Shown here piece after piece: positions 10,816 to 22,888 of a DNA stretch of 64,000 bases. Made by a program: the position numbers and the translations under genes. The stretch covers positions 1 through 64,000 of the forward strand of contig VRMN01000020.1 in the NCBI GenBank assembly GCA_008690995.1, read 5' to 3'. Every line of letters begins with the position of its first letter. Within the stretch, counting starts at the first letter, position 1. The notes beneath the pieces are model-generated. The model had not been told where the DNA came from and made no database searches. It saw nothing but the letters and a program-made list of their open reading frames with translations. The DNA comes from Porphyridium purpureum (lineage: Eukaryota).

Positions 10816-12675
10816 GAAATAGCTCAAACTTATTTGAAGCTGTGATTGCATTTATTCTAGCGGCGGATAGTTTGATCATTAAATCACCATCCCCAACCGC
10901 TAGGACGGGCCCATCTGACCCAAAATGCAAAACAGATGAACTATCATCGTGTTTGAAGACACAGCCCTTTCTCGCTGCGACCTTTGTCGAAAGGAGATTT
11001 ATGGGTGTGCTTTCGATCAACAAAACATTTTCAAGACGCAAGTCATTAAACTTGTCTTGAATAATTGTTTTGAGCATGACATCACCCATCAATGAAACTT
11101 CAACATGTTCCCCGTTGGCAACAGTAACAAGTGATTCATCAGAAGGTCTTTCATTCATTAGAATAGACCTATCCCAAGTGATATGTCTGTCCGATCCAGA
11201 ATCGAACATCCATTTGTGCGACTTGTGCTTGTGGGGCACAACAGAGACACAGATGGCATAGATGGAAGTGGTGGCTTTATTGATTGGTGCAGGGGTCGCT
11301 GGGGGGCTAATCATGCGGATATCCAGAGAAGGGCCTTTTGGCACCACGCCCCTTCCCGCAACGCTATTCGCGTAGGCCTCCCACGACATCCAACCTGGCT
11401 CAATGGCTGCCTTTGCCGCCGGAGCCGGTGGTTTCGTCACCTTGGTTTTTACCTGAACCACATTCACCCGCGCATTCGGCTTTCCGATGCCGCGTTTCAC
11501 TGCCTCCGGGTCTGCTGCGCCACTCGCACCAGCAGCCTTGTCGCGCAAGTCATTCTTGCGCTTAAAGCAACGCTTCGTCTCGTGCCCAACCTTGTGGCAG
11601 TAGCCACACTTCAGGTTCTCCTTGACGAGTGCCGTCTTCACGACACCCGCTGAGCGATCACGCTGCTGTTGCTGCGGACGCTGGGACACCGCCATTGCGA
11701 TGGGCGGGGGCTCATCTGCCAACGTGCGCTCGAGCGCTTTTCCGGCCTCCAGCTGGAGCAGTTGCAGCCGAGCTGCGGAGACCGTGGGCGCCGAATGCAG
11801 CAGGTAGTCCTTCGACCCCTGAAACTCTTTGCGGAGCCCGATCACCAGATAACGCACGACATGGTCCTCGGGAACTTGCTCACCGATCGAGACAAGCTTG
11901 TCCCACAGACCGATTCCGCGATCCAAGTACTCGGCCATTGCCTCGTTCTTGTTCTGGACAATGCGCTCCAGCGCCATGCGAAACGCGAACTTCTGCGCCG
12001 ACAGTTGATCGTGCGCATAATTCGCCACCGCGGACCAACCGTCCGCCGACGACTTATCGCGGACGAGACGGTCGTACCTGTTCTCCAAGACCCCGGACAG
12101 AAAGAACTGTCCCGCCAGGTCCGCATCGTCCCACTCTTCTGCCGTCATCCCGGTAGTTGCACGCGACGACGACGATGGGCGAACGACCATCCCCGCAACG
12201 ACGGGCCACAGCTTCACCACACGCAACGCGAGCTTCGTGCGGCGTGCCCAAATGTCGTAATTCTCGCCATTGAACTTTTCCACGCCGTTCGCAAGCGCGG
12301 ACAGCTTCGACGCATCAAACGTAAACGCCATCGCGTCTAGGCTCATAACCTATTAAAAGGTCTGATGTATCGGGGAGTCTTTGTGACTTGTCACTAACGC
12401 AGTTGCGTGTCCCCTTCGTCGCCCTTGCAACTAACCTTACCTTCGTCATCCGGGGACTCCGAGCCTCGGCCATCGCTAAGCTCTTCATATAGGCAATCGT
12501 AGTGCTTTCACTAGTGAGATTGCCAACTGTACCTCCAGGGCAAAAACCCTTATTTACTATAAGTTGGAGAAATACAGAAAGTTGGAGAAATACAGAAAGT
12601 TGGAGCTGAAACATTCCCCATGGTATTACTACTTTACCTGGGGAGGGAATCTACCGAAACCCTGGATTCATAACA
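10816..12675 (-). mobile_element. Ty1/copia family 1, copy C: 5' LTR (12351-12675), PBS and gag-PR, truncated by the 5' LTR of copy A
   Basis: The 512-aa ORF is identical to the N-terminus of B up to KFELF and abuts an LTR end at 10815/10816. Its 3' half is not in the window. Confidence 0.93.
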
Positions 12676-15600
12676 AACATGCAATTTCCAAGAATGACTA
12701 ATACACCCTTGGGATCGTACTCGAAGCAGAAGCTTCGACTTGTAAGATATTCTAGTTCGAACTTTTCAGACATGTTGCGTATGAGATATAATTCAATTTA
12801 ATGTTTTTCGTATGATACTAAAATTATTACAGTGCACAGAGAATACGTGTACGCACAAAGCTTTTTTGCTTTGCAGCAGACTGCTGCACTCGATCGCAAC
12901 GCTCTAAAGTTTTCGTGGGCAAAACGAAGAACGTGTGCAATACTTTGCATACATCCTGTAAAAATAATTCGAAGTATCAAAAAATTCTTATCTTTCAAAT
13001 AAGTCCAGATCAGAGGATTCTTTGGCTTCAAGAAGACATCAAACGACTTCCTTCTTCTGGAGAAGAAAAAATGTCTTTCACTGCCTTTATGAGCAAAAAT
13101 TAATACTCGATTCCTAATGGCGTCACAATTGGCTGCTACAGAGCCATTTAAATCATACTATCGATGAATCAAAAAATCCTTATTCGATATTCGTTGGATC
13201 TTCAAGGACGACTGCGTTTTCGCACGATTTGTGGACACTTCTACTTCACAACACACCTGCGAGGGAACTCATACAAATCCGTGTCCGAATGATAAGTTGC
13301 CGAAACCCAATAACTTCTTTGCTAGCGTCTGACGATGCCGTATAATAAGCTTCCGTCGTTGATCATAAAACAAATAATCCTTGCAGTTTCGATTTTTGAA
13401 ACGCTCTCTGGATTGAAGATAAAGAAAGAAATTCCTGAAGTCCTAGTTCACTGATCTCCGAATTATTGCAGATCTGCACGTTACAGAACATATTTCTAGT
13501 GCGCCACGACAGGAAGTAGGCAAAGTGGAACGATTTGCTGGGACATCGGAGAACTCTTTCCTTACCGTACGAAAGAGGTCCATCTGAATGATACATGTTT
13601 AGTGCAGCGAATAACCTCAGAGCCAATGTCACGTTATTGTATGTGTCCTCCATATTATGCGTGCAGGGCTCGCATACACAGAATACCGAAGCTTTTTCGA
13701 GGCGCTTCTTTGCTTAACAAACCTCCAGAGATGCGCAAATTGCATGAATATGAATTCTTCAATTCATATGTATTTTAACGGTGGCTAAATTTTTGTCACC
13801 GCTCAATTTAACAGGATTTTTTTTGAACTTTTGAAAGAACTTGTCTTTCGACTATGACAAAATGCATCTCAAGTTTCCACATCTAAGAATTCGTCATTCT
13901 TCACAACAAAATTTTTTTCAGAAACGGAAGATCATCGAGATACCTTGCAATATATGGTACAATGACAAACTTGTACAAATGATGAGACCTGTGCGTTATG
14001 CTTCGTATTCAGGTCGATATAATTTTCAGTAAATGCCTTACTTCAGTTCTCGGAAGTTGTAAATGAATGAATTTCCTATTGTTTCGTTTCCGAACGGCCC
14101 AGACGCTGCTTGATCTCAAAAGCCTAGGTCACCGGCAATTGTGTAGAACTCCGTTTCAAGAATTTCGGCAAGATTACCACGACTTTTAAAAAATTGACAT
14201 ACCTGTTGAGCGGTTCATCAGCTATAGATTCAAGAAAGTGAATCAATGAAGGTTTCCTAGCGCAGCAGTATTTTGAAAGTTTATCAGGAATCGAACCCTG
14301 TCTTATTCTTCTGAACCAGACGTATGTTGCAACGACCGGTTCTTTCGTTTTCGGCAAAGATGAGTTCAAAGTAAGTCACTGACTCAGCAAATTATTTACA
14401 TCTGCACTTCCCAATGAAAGTAAACATTCTTAGTTAGTATCGTCTCTTTCTTTACAGTGATTCTCTTGTGCATTATTTGATTTACAAATACTAATCCGTT
14501 CAGAATCACATGCGATTTATTCGTCAAAAGTTGTCTTCAATTCGTAAACAAAATGGGCATTCCGCCTCGAAAGGGGTTACTTTGAAAGTTTTTGTGAGTA
14601 GTCGAGAGCTTTTCAATCATTTATATCTCAAATTCAAAATTACTCATTTTCGATATGCCGGTTAGTTGAGAGTCGAATCAGTTGAATCCTTTGTATTTCT
14701 AGACAATTAACAGGACGCATTGCCGTCAATTAGACTTTGAGCTTAAGCAACAATGTTGTCAAAGCAGAGATCGCTTTGACGGAGACAAGCCTTTTTTGAA
14801 AGTTATTTTTTGTTTGACAACAGCAGTATGAACAGCGCTGGACGAATACTAGCGCATCATGACGTGAACTTTGACCATGTCTTAATTTCTTGAGCGTGTG
14901 CATTACCCAATATCTCCGTGCAGCTGGTGGTTCACGATTTGAATGGAATGATTTCTTGACGCAAAAACTTGATTTCTGGCCAACCATGCGCAAAGTGATG
15001 AGGGCAGATTTAATTCAAAGAGGAAATTGAATAGAAGTTTATGAAAGGAATTTCTCAGTTCTTCGACGAGAAATTGCACCTTCCAGTACCGTCTTATTTT
15101 TTGAAGAGGCGAATTTTGGATTGAGCAACGGCATTGAACGAGTCTTTCCAAGGACAGTCATAGAAGTGCTCATTTTTTCTCGTTGACTTTGCGGCTAGTT
15201 GAACGTACTTCGAAGACTTTCATTAAGCGCTCTCTCGACAAACCAATCCTTGACGTAAGGGCTTGCAAACCCATCATCGCCGCAGTAGAAGCGACAAGCT
15301 TTCATGTTTGGCATTAAAGGTGATGATTTCGGAACAGTAGACTCCCTGCGGTCGAAATCAACGTTGGCGAAGAATTTTTGAAGGATCATGCAGAAATGCC
15401 TGACATTGCAGTATATGTAAGTTATGGTCAAAACAGACACGTCACCACTGCTGCGTGATGGATTCAGTTGGTTCGCAAGTTTCAATGCGCATAATTTCTG
15501 CTACTTTAGACCAACATTTTCTTTTTTCTCTAATGATTGAATTTTGCGTACTTCTTGCTTGATTGCAAACGAAACTACCAAACTATCATTTCACACAATA

Positions 15601-16093
15601 TATTAGTGAAGCTTTAAATTGTCTTTTCAACTTTCTGGATCCCGAATGTCTCTGGATTCTGACTGCTGATCAAGTCGCTTACGCTTGGTAACTTTCTTGC
15701 TTGCGATTCAAGGCTGTATTTCACTTATACCTTGGTCACATGCATTATTATGGAAACCTTCCGCTGGACGTGGTGCATTTGCAAAACAATCGATTATACT
15801 TTTAAAGACTCCGAATGTCAGCCGCGTGTTTCGCTGCCTGACGTGTGGAAAGAATAAATACTCACGTCAGCTGATCAAATGTTAAGAAGACCATTAATCC
15901 TGAACGGCTTGGTGACTCCATTCACAGTAGAAGTGAACAAGATACTTGGTTGAGGGTCACGGTGAAAACGTGCACGTCCGCAATCACGACTTTGTGAAAG
16001 CAATGACATCTCGGAATGAGAAGTGGATATTTTCCAATGACGACCAGCTGCTCAAACAACCAGTCATGAAGCTCTCATTCGAAGAGTGTGAGG
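12676..16093 (-). mobile_element. Heavily decayed copia pol (family-2-like): protease to RNase H remnants
   Basis: Hand translation of the minus strand gives LHDWLF, VVIADVHVFTVT and TVNGVTKPF near 15.9-16.08 kb (family 2 has VHNWLF, VVMADNHVYTVT, NVNGVIKPL), KVAEIMRIETCEP near 15.5 kb (VVAGEVLHTDICGP) and ERVLRC near 13.55 kb (KGVLRY). The order is collinear, with many stops. Confidence 0.6.
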
Positions 16094-19000
16094 TGTTATG
16101 AATCTAGGGTTTCCCTAGATTCCCTCCCCTGGTACAGTAGTAATCGTGGGAGAATCGCGCTGTACTCGTAGTACACTTCGCATGAGGCTGTTTCCACCGC
16201 TCACGATGCCTGATGTAAGCTGTCCGAGAATCCGCCGCCGTCGTCGCCGCCTTGCCGGCGTCGCCGTACCAGTATAAGTACCCATCCGCGGCTGCAGCAC
16301 GAAGAGTGCTGCGCCATGATGTAGAGAGTAAGAGCTAGTTGGTGTTCGAAAGTAAAAGGCATAAGTTCTACTGAGTTTTTGCTGAAGCTTTCATCTAGCC
16401 GCCCACGGTACACCTAAGAACCAATAAACGGGTTATGAGCCCAGCCGCCAACATCGTTGCGGCTGCGGTTCTGATCCTCATTGCTATCCTTACCTTTTCG
16501 ACAAGCATTGGTGGCCTTCGCCTTATCCACGTGGTGGGAAGGTTCGAGCATTGGGTCAAGACGATCGACCCACTTGCGAGCAACTATAAGCCGTAGACGG
16601 CGGTTGCTCGAAGTGCAGGCCATGACATCGTTCATCGTGTCGAGGCACTGAATGCCAGGGAGCTGCGTAGCTCTATCAGATACGACTGAAGCTTCATACG
16701 CGCGCCTGTGCAGCGGCGTAGAAAGGAAGGACCGGCGGCTGCAAGGCAGCAGGAGCCAAGCAAACCCAGAGACCCACTTCGAGACAACTGTGTCGGCGGC
16801 AAGCGCGGCACACGATGGAAGGCTCCGGGTCAAGGACCCCAACAAGATCAGAACAGGAACGCCGAGCGCGGCTCCTTCAACAACAACAGCATGCCATGCT
16901 TGCGGAGCAGGCAGCCCAGGCTGCAGCACAAGCACACAGTAGCAACACTCCGCAGAGTATTGAACAACTCAGGGCTGCGATGGCGGCAGAGTTTGCCAGG
17001 TTCCGGGATCAGGCTGAACAGCAACTCAAAGCTGCGATAGATGAAGCTCGCCGCGCGCGCGAAGACTCCGATGCTTATCGCGAAGCCGCACGGGAACTCG
17101 TCGTGGCGAGTAACAGTGCCTGCTGAGACGCATTGTCCTCGGTTCGCGGTGCGCCGCTCTTTCAATATCTCGGCGAAAGAAATGCACTCGCCGTCCGCAG
17201 CTGGACGGACGCGGCTCAAGACCGAGTGCATCAGGCACTGTGTGACGAGTATCAAGCCGCGAATCGCATGTGGGATCAGAATGCGGAACTTCGAGCCATC
17301 CGTACCGCTGCGACATTTCTCGGGGGATCTGCCCGCCTGTGGTGGTCAATTCTGGATCCGAGACCCCAGTCTTTCGCCGCTTTTCTTGTCGCTGTACGAC
17401 AGCAATTTGAGCCAGCCGAGCCGGAAAGGCAAGCTCGGGATCATCTCGCGGCATGCTCGCAGCGCAATCGCCCTGTATCAGAATACGCCGGCGATTTCGC
17501 CGACTGTTTATTGCAGATTAGTGCCGTGGTCGATGGCGAGAAATTCGATCGCTTTGTCCGTGGACTAGCGCCAAAAGTCCAAATGCAGGTACGGCTGAAG
17601 GCGCCAACAACATATGAGTCGGCGGTGCACGCTGCGCTGAGTGTTGACCCGGTATATAGACAAGCAGCGGCCCCATCCCCGCATCACGGAAGTAGCAGCG
17701 GCTTCGCGCCCATGGACTTGCGCGGCGTCGAGCATGACGGGTTCCAGCGCAGGCGCGCGCAGGGGCTGGGAAAGAAGAAAGCGGTGCGCAGCAAGCGCCA
17801 GCAACAAAGTAGCACTACACCGGGTGATCGGCGGCAGGGCGGGGCGAAACCGACAGGATCGCATGTAAATGAATCACGCGATCGCTGCCGACGATGTGGC
17901 GAACGGGGTCATTGGGCAAACGAATGCCTCAACCAACATGAACTAGGAATGTTGGAATTCCAGCTGAGAACGGTCGACATGCCCGCTCACAAGCTTTTGA
18001 AAATGGCGGCGCTCATTGACGGATTACCAATCAGCGCGGTGGTGGACACTGGCGCCACCGCGACATTTCTATCGTTAGATCTGTGCGAGCGCATAGGCCT
18101 GAAGATCAAGACTGGAGGCCCGAGATCACCACAGATACGGCTAGCAAATGGTCGCAGGGAGCCCGTGCTTGGCTACGTACGCACGTTTCTTTTCGTACCA
18201 GGCGTTGGAGCAAGATATACGAATGCGTGGGTACATCACGGACATCATGATGCTATTCTGGGCCTCGACTGGCTCAATCATCATCAAGCAATTCTGAACG
18301 TGGGCGAGCATTCATTTCTAGCCCCTGAATTAGCAAGCGATGAAGTGCAGTGTACCGACAAGGCTTCTACAGTGACGGTGGAGTGCCACATGGTAGTTGA
18401 CGAGGAAAAGCGGGGGAGCACCGAGAAATCTGGCGAGGAAGAGACCACATACTCGGTACCAATTCATTATGTCACACCACAAGTCGGTTTAGACTCCCTT
18501 CCAAAGCCAGACCATGATGTGTTACACCTACCGGCCCGAGCCGATTGTGACGCCTGCGCTTCTGCTAAGCTAGACAAATTGCGCGCTCCGCACCGTACTC
18601 AGAGGGGATTCTACCAGACTTTCAATGACACCGTTTCCGTGGATCTCGTAGACCCAGCCATGACAGGCCGCTGCGGTACTAGGGGGCTTTACACGCACCG
18701 AGACAGTTCCACGGGTTGGTATGATGTCATACCGCTCGCAAAAAAGACAGCAGACTCAGCTCTCATCGCCTTCCTGGAAGTCCAACGTGGACGCGGGTGG
18801 CCCCGCATAGTCAAGAGTGACGGCGGCAGCGAGTTTGCTGGCTCGTTTGATGTCGCCCTCCTTGCGAATTTAGTGGCCCACGAATCCGGCCTGGCCTAAA
18901 GCCCCAACACACACGCTACGCACGAGCGTACGCATCGAGATTTGAATGCGGGTGTGCGCACTCTTCTGCTCACCGCAGGCTTGGAACCAGACTGGTTTTC

Positions 19001-20535
19001 ATTCGCCGCAGCGTATTGGGCAACCGCCCGTAACCTGCTTTGGCCCGGCCCTACAGGAAACACGCCTTATGAAGCGCGCTATGGAATTTCGTGGCGCCGC
19101 GAGATTCCCCCCTTTGGCCGCGGGGTATTTGCCAGAAACGATGACGTGGCGAAATTTGCATCTCATGGCAACTCAGCAGTCATGATGGGAATACGAATCC
19201 CGGAGCCTGATGCAAGCAGAAATCCTTTCAATCTTCCAGTCATTCCATTCGACGACTTTCGCCCATCTTCTGCAAGGTGGATTGGGGAGTGGAAACCAGC
19301 GACGAAGAAGTACCCAATATGGGAACATAACAACCAGTGGGGTACATTGCTTCGAGATACCCCGAAGTGGAACCATACAATTCCCAATACAAGCGATGGC
19401 TCTCCAAAGGAACACCAGACACGAGGCCAAAAGGCACGAAAGGTCTACAGGACTTGCAGCGAGAAAGAGAGTGCAGCTCTGCAAGCGGGTTACGAGGCCA
19501 TGGGCCCGCAGTGGTCAGCGATTGGACACGGCAGCGATGGCATACTAAGCGGCATTGGGAGCAAGGAACTGCGCTCTCACGCTGCGGCCATGGGACTGCT
19601 AGGCGAAAAAGAAAAAGGACTTGGGAAAGACCGGCGTGGAAAAGCGGCTGGGGACGCGCGCACGCGCGAGAAGATCAGCACGCTCATTCGCCCAGCATCT
19701 CCGATACCTAAACTGATTGCCACAAGCGATCGACTGAATCCACCCTTCGCAGGCACCGATGACAGCACAATGGCTGTCACGAACGATTCGACCGCGTCCC
19801 TCCCGACAGCAACGCGTATTGTGGAATCGTTGGTTGCAGAAGTTCTTCAGTTTAACGAAGCTATGCGCTCTGAGCGCGGCCGGCTCGCATTCCAAAAGGA
19901 GCTGAAAACACTCCTGTCTGCCGGGGCGTTGCCCTTTGGCAAAGTGACTAGCCACGAGATGGCCGCGCGGGTGCCCGGGGCACGTTTCGTGAAAATCAAA
20001 CCACTTATGGTTGCGAAGAATGCATAGGCACCCCCAGAACATCAAGTCCTAAAATGCCGGATAGTTGCGCAGGGTTGTGTCATCCGTGCCACTGCTCAGG
20101 CAAGGCGCCATTCCGAGTGCCCAACTTCAACGTATCGGTAAACTGCATGAGCCAGTCGTGCCTCTGCCACTGGCGCTTTACGGCATGCCGAGGAGCGGCT
20201 TTGACTTCTCAAACTTTGCGCGCGATGAAGCGAGACGCCGCGGCTGGCGCGAAGTCCCGTCCGACAAGAATGTATACCTTAGGCGCGACAAGGAGGGTCG
20301 AGTGGTATTTTTGGTTTTGTACGTCGATGATGGCGCGATTCTCGGCCCGCACGAGTCTATCCAAACAGCTATGAATGAGCTACGCTCCTCCTTTCGAGTG
20401 TCAAAGGAGGCTCAGCTATCATCGCAGAGCACCAAACAAGACCCCGTAAGATATCTGGGTACAAATATCTACAAGGAGGGAAACAAATGCATTTTAGATA
20501 GCACCGAGTACGCATGCCATGTCGTGGCGCGCGCC
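16094..20535 (+). mobile_element. Atypical LTR retrotransposon (element E): 5' LTR about 16094-16430, PBS at 16431, gypsy-type Gag/PR, integrase, Myb-like domain, copia-type RT; 3' truncated
   Basis: Starts TGTTATG and has PBS GGTTATGAGCCCAG. ORFs 16815-17126, 17133-18899 and 18942-20027 share one frame and are separated by single stops. An RT fragment follows in another frame from about 20065. Confidence 0.85.
16815..20535 (+). pseudogene. Gag-Pol pseudogene of element E (3 in-frame stops, plus a deletion and frameshift in RT)
   Basis: Gag: FLGGSARLWW...F...F...Q...VSEY...F...FVRGL. Knuckle: CRRCGERGHWANEC. Protease: VVDTGAT...ILGLDWL. Integrase: H..HLP...CDAC, VDLVD, KSDGGSEF, HER. RT: KCRIVAQG, ALYGMPRSG, LYVDD, YLG. 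Confidence 0.85.
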
Positions 20536-21337
20536 GGCCGGCGGCGTCCTCGATCCGGCACCCTTGTGCGACAAGTCGACATTTTAAGACGTGGTGTGAC
20601 TGCGGCATTTCTGAGTTCTTCATTGCAAGCAATGGCTTCAAGCGAACAAATTGTGCTCCACGGATATTAGAAGCAGCGCAACGGCTCAAGGCTTTTGCGA
20701 AAGGAAAGGCGCCGCTGCTCACAAGCTTATTGACTTCATTGGCGAACGCCATGTACCCTGCATGCGTCTTGATTTGTTCGGCGAAGGGCACCACTTTAGC
20801 TACGGAGACATCGAAGATACATGGTTGGGTCCTCGAACGTTCATCCCTTGCGGTGGCTTCCGTACTGGAATACACTTGTTCGAGAACTGTTGCACGTGCC
20901 GATAGCGCTTCGCGAAGCCCTTCATGTGCTCGCTTGTCGGCTGCTTTGCGGCCCCGACGGTGTATGCCGAGGCCGGTCGCTTGATCACCGAGGAGCCCAA
21001 TGGCCTGTGCGTGCAACCGTAGGTCCTTTGCGCTAATTCCTTCCAACATATCTTCATTCTCCGCGCGAATGCGTGCCCACTTTGGCCTGAGCCTTTCATA
21101 CCCGGTGCGCAAAGTCGTGTTCATGACATGCGACCAATTGCGACGAGCTTGTGCATTGGAGCCTTGCACCTCGATTGTAGGATCCACTACGTGTCCCTCG
21201 TTCGTCGCAGCCGTATTCTCCTCCCGTAGCGTGAGCGCCCCCGCATTTTGTGTACCATCCTGCGACTCGTCTTTCCGCGACGAGCGAGCGTCAATGCCAG
21301 ACCCTTCCACCTTGTCGTTCAAGGGTAAAGCGGCGCA
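20536..21337 (-). mobile_element. Inverted fragment of a paralogue of element E (Myb-like domain and RT start)
   Basis: ORF 20369..21352(-) aligns with the C-terminus of 18942..20027: GLLG...GLG..RRG.KAA.D.R, AF..E...L.S.GA.PF, GA.FV..KPL, VLKCRLVAQG. Confidence 0.85.
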
Positions 21338-21339
21338 TA

Positions 21340-22888
21340 CACTCCTGGCCAAGATGGTTGTCCCAGGTGCAATTTCAAGGTCTGAACTCCAGTTTTATAG
21401 TAAAAACGAGCGTTTTCATATAAAATCAATGTTTATACCTTTTTTAACATATTTTTGTTCCTCAGGTCAGAGGTAAGCGCGCGCTTTTGCGGGACTTCAT
21501 GAGGCCATGAAGGGGTTTAAGACTTGTGAAAGAAGACTAACGCATCTACTGCACTCGGGCATACGATCGCGACCAAGTCCAGCAACCGCAAGCATCGGAA
21601 ACATGGCACCACGGCTCTCCGACTTCGAGAAAGGGCAGATTGACGCTCTGCACCGGCTCTGTCTGACGCCGCGGGCCATTGCAGCACGTCTTCGTCCGCG
21701 ACCAGACAAGACCCGACCATCGCACAAGACTGTGGAGAGATTTCTGAAGAATCGAGGCAAGAAAAGGGTTTTCAAGAAGCACGGACCGGCGCGGACAATA
21801 TCGCCGAAATTGGAGCGTCGCCTGATTCGGCACGTCATTACGGATAGGTTGACGTCTGCACAGGCAGTGACGGAGCTGCAGCTTGCGTGCAGTGCGAGAA
21901 CTGTTCGTCGTATCCTGCAGAGATCACCAGAGATTCGTATTATCGCACAGAGGCGAAAGTTCTTCATTTCGGAAAAGAACCGAGTCAAGCGGCTTGCATT
22001 TGCTCGAGAATACGTCCACAAGCCGCTATCGTTTTGGAAGAATGTCATCTTCTCGGATGAAAAGATCTTTCGGCTGGACGGGCCACACGGGTACAACAAG
22101 ACTTATCAGCGCATGCGAGGCTCTTAGCCCGCGCCAACCATGCGTCGCCACAGTGGCGGAGGATCAGCGATGTTTTGGGGTGCCATGTCGTGGCACGGAC
22201 TGAGTACGTTGCATCGTGCTCAAAGTTCGCTGAATGCCGAACGATGTCGCCAGGTTATGCTGAACGTCATGATGCCCTGGGCACTGGAACTGCCTTGGCG
22301 CCTTGATCAGCCGGATTGTCCATTCATATTTCAGCAAGATAATGCGCCCGGACATGCAGCGCTGAGCACGCGCGAGCTGTTTGACACGGTCGGAATCGCA
22401 CTACTTGATTGGCCAGCGCGGTCGCCGGACTTGAATCCAGTTGAGAATCTGTGGGCGATCGTTTCTCGCCGTGTGCATTGGCAGGGACGCCAGTTTATGC
22501 GCCTCGATGACATGCTTCCAGTTATCTATGACTGCTGGCGAACGGAAGCGCCAAAGTATGTTGAGGTACTTTTCGAGAGCATGCCCCGTCGCCTGCAAGC
22601 TTGCATCGACGCCGGTGGCCGTCAAACCAAGTACTAGTTTCGTTACGACAGTTAAATCTCTTCTCATAAGCGTGTTTGTCCTCATCAACCTGTTTCATTG
22701 TATTTCTTTTCTGCGGCCCTTCTCACAGGTGTCTCACTGTTCTACGATGCCTTTCTAAGCCCTTACCGCTTTCCCGTGCCGCGGATTCGTTTCGAGCAAT
22801 CAAAGAGCACGACGTCCTGGTCGAGAAGCCGGCTTATTCACAAAGAGTTTCACATTATCCTGTGGGACAATTAATTTGGCCAGAACTG
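21340..22888 (+). mobile_element. Tc1-family DNA transposon with imperfect TIRs and flanking TA
   Basis: The left end reads TA|CACTCCTGGCCAAGATGGTTGTCCCA. The reverse complement of the right end reads TA|CAGTTCTGGCCAAATTAATTGTCCCA. Confidence 0.85.
21603..22637 (+). pseudogene. Tc1 DD34E transposase with one in-frame TAG (22125-22127)
   Basis: N-terminal HTH region, then VIFSDE, MFWGAMS, FQQDNAP and WPARSPDLNPVENLW. There are 34 residues between the second D and the E, and both ORF halves are in the same frame. Confidence 0.9.

Noticed and set aside
171..12614. Recurrent 89-99 aa LTR ORFs and antisense ORFs over gag
   Set aside because: They are by-products of repeated LTR sequence and GC-rich gag codons, and carry no recognisable motifs.
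22125..22127. Programmed read-through of in-frame stops in the Tc1 transposase or element E
   Set aside because: The stops fall inside conserved domains (for example TAG where the paralogue has Glu), which fits ordinary nonsense mutations.
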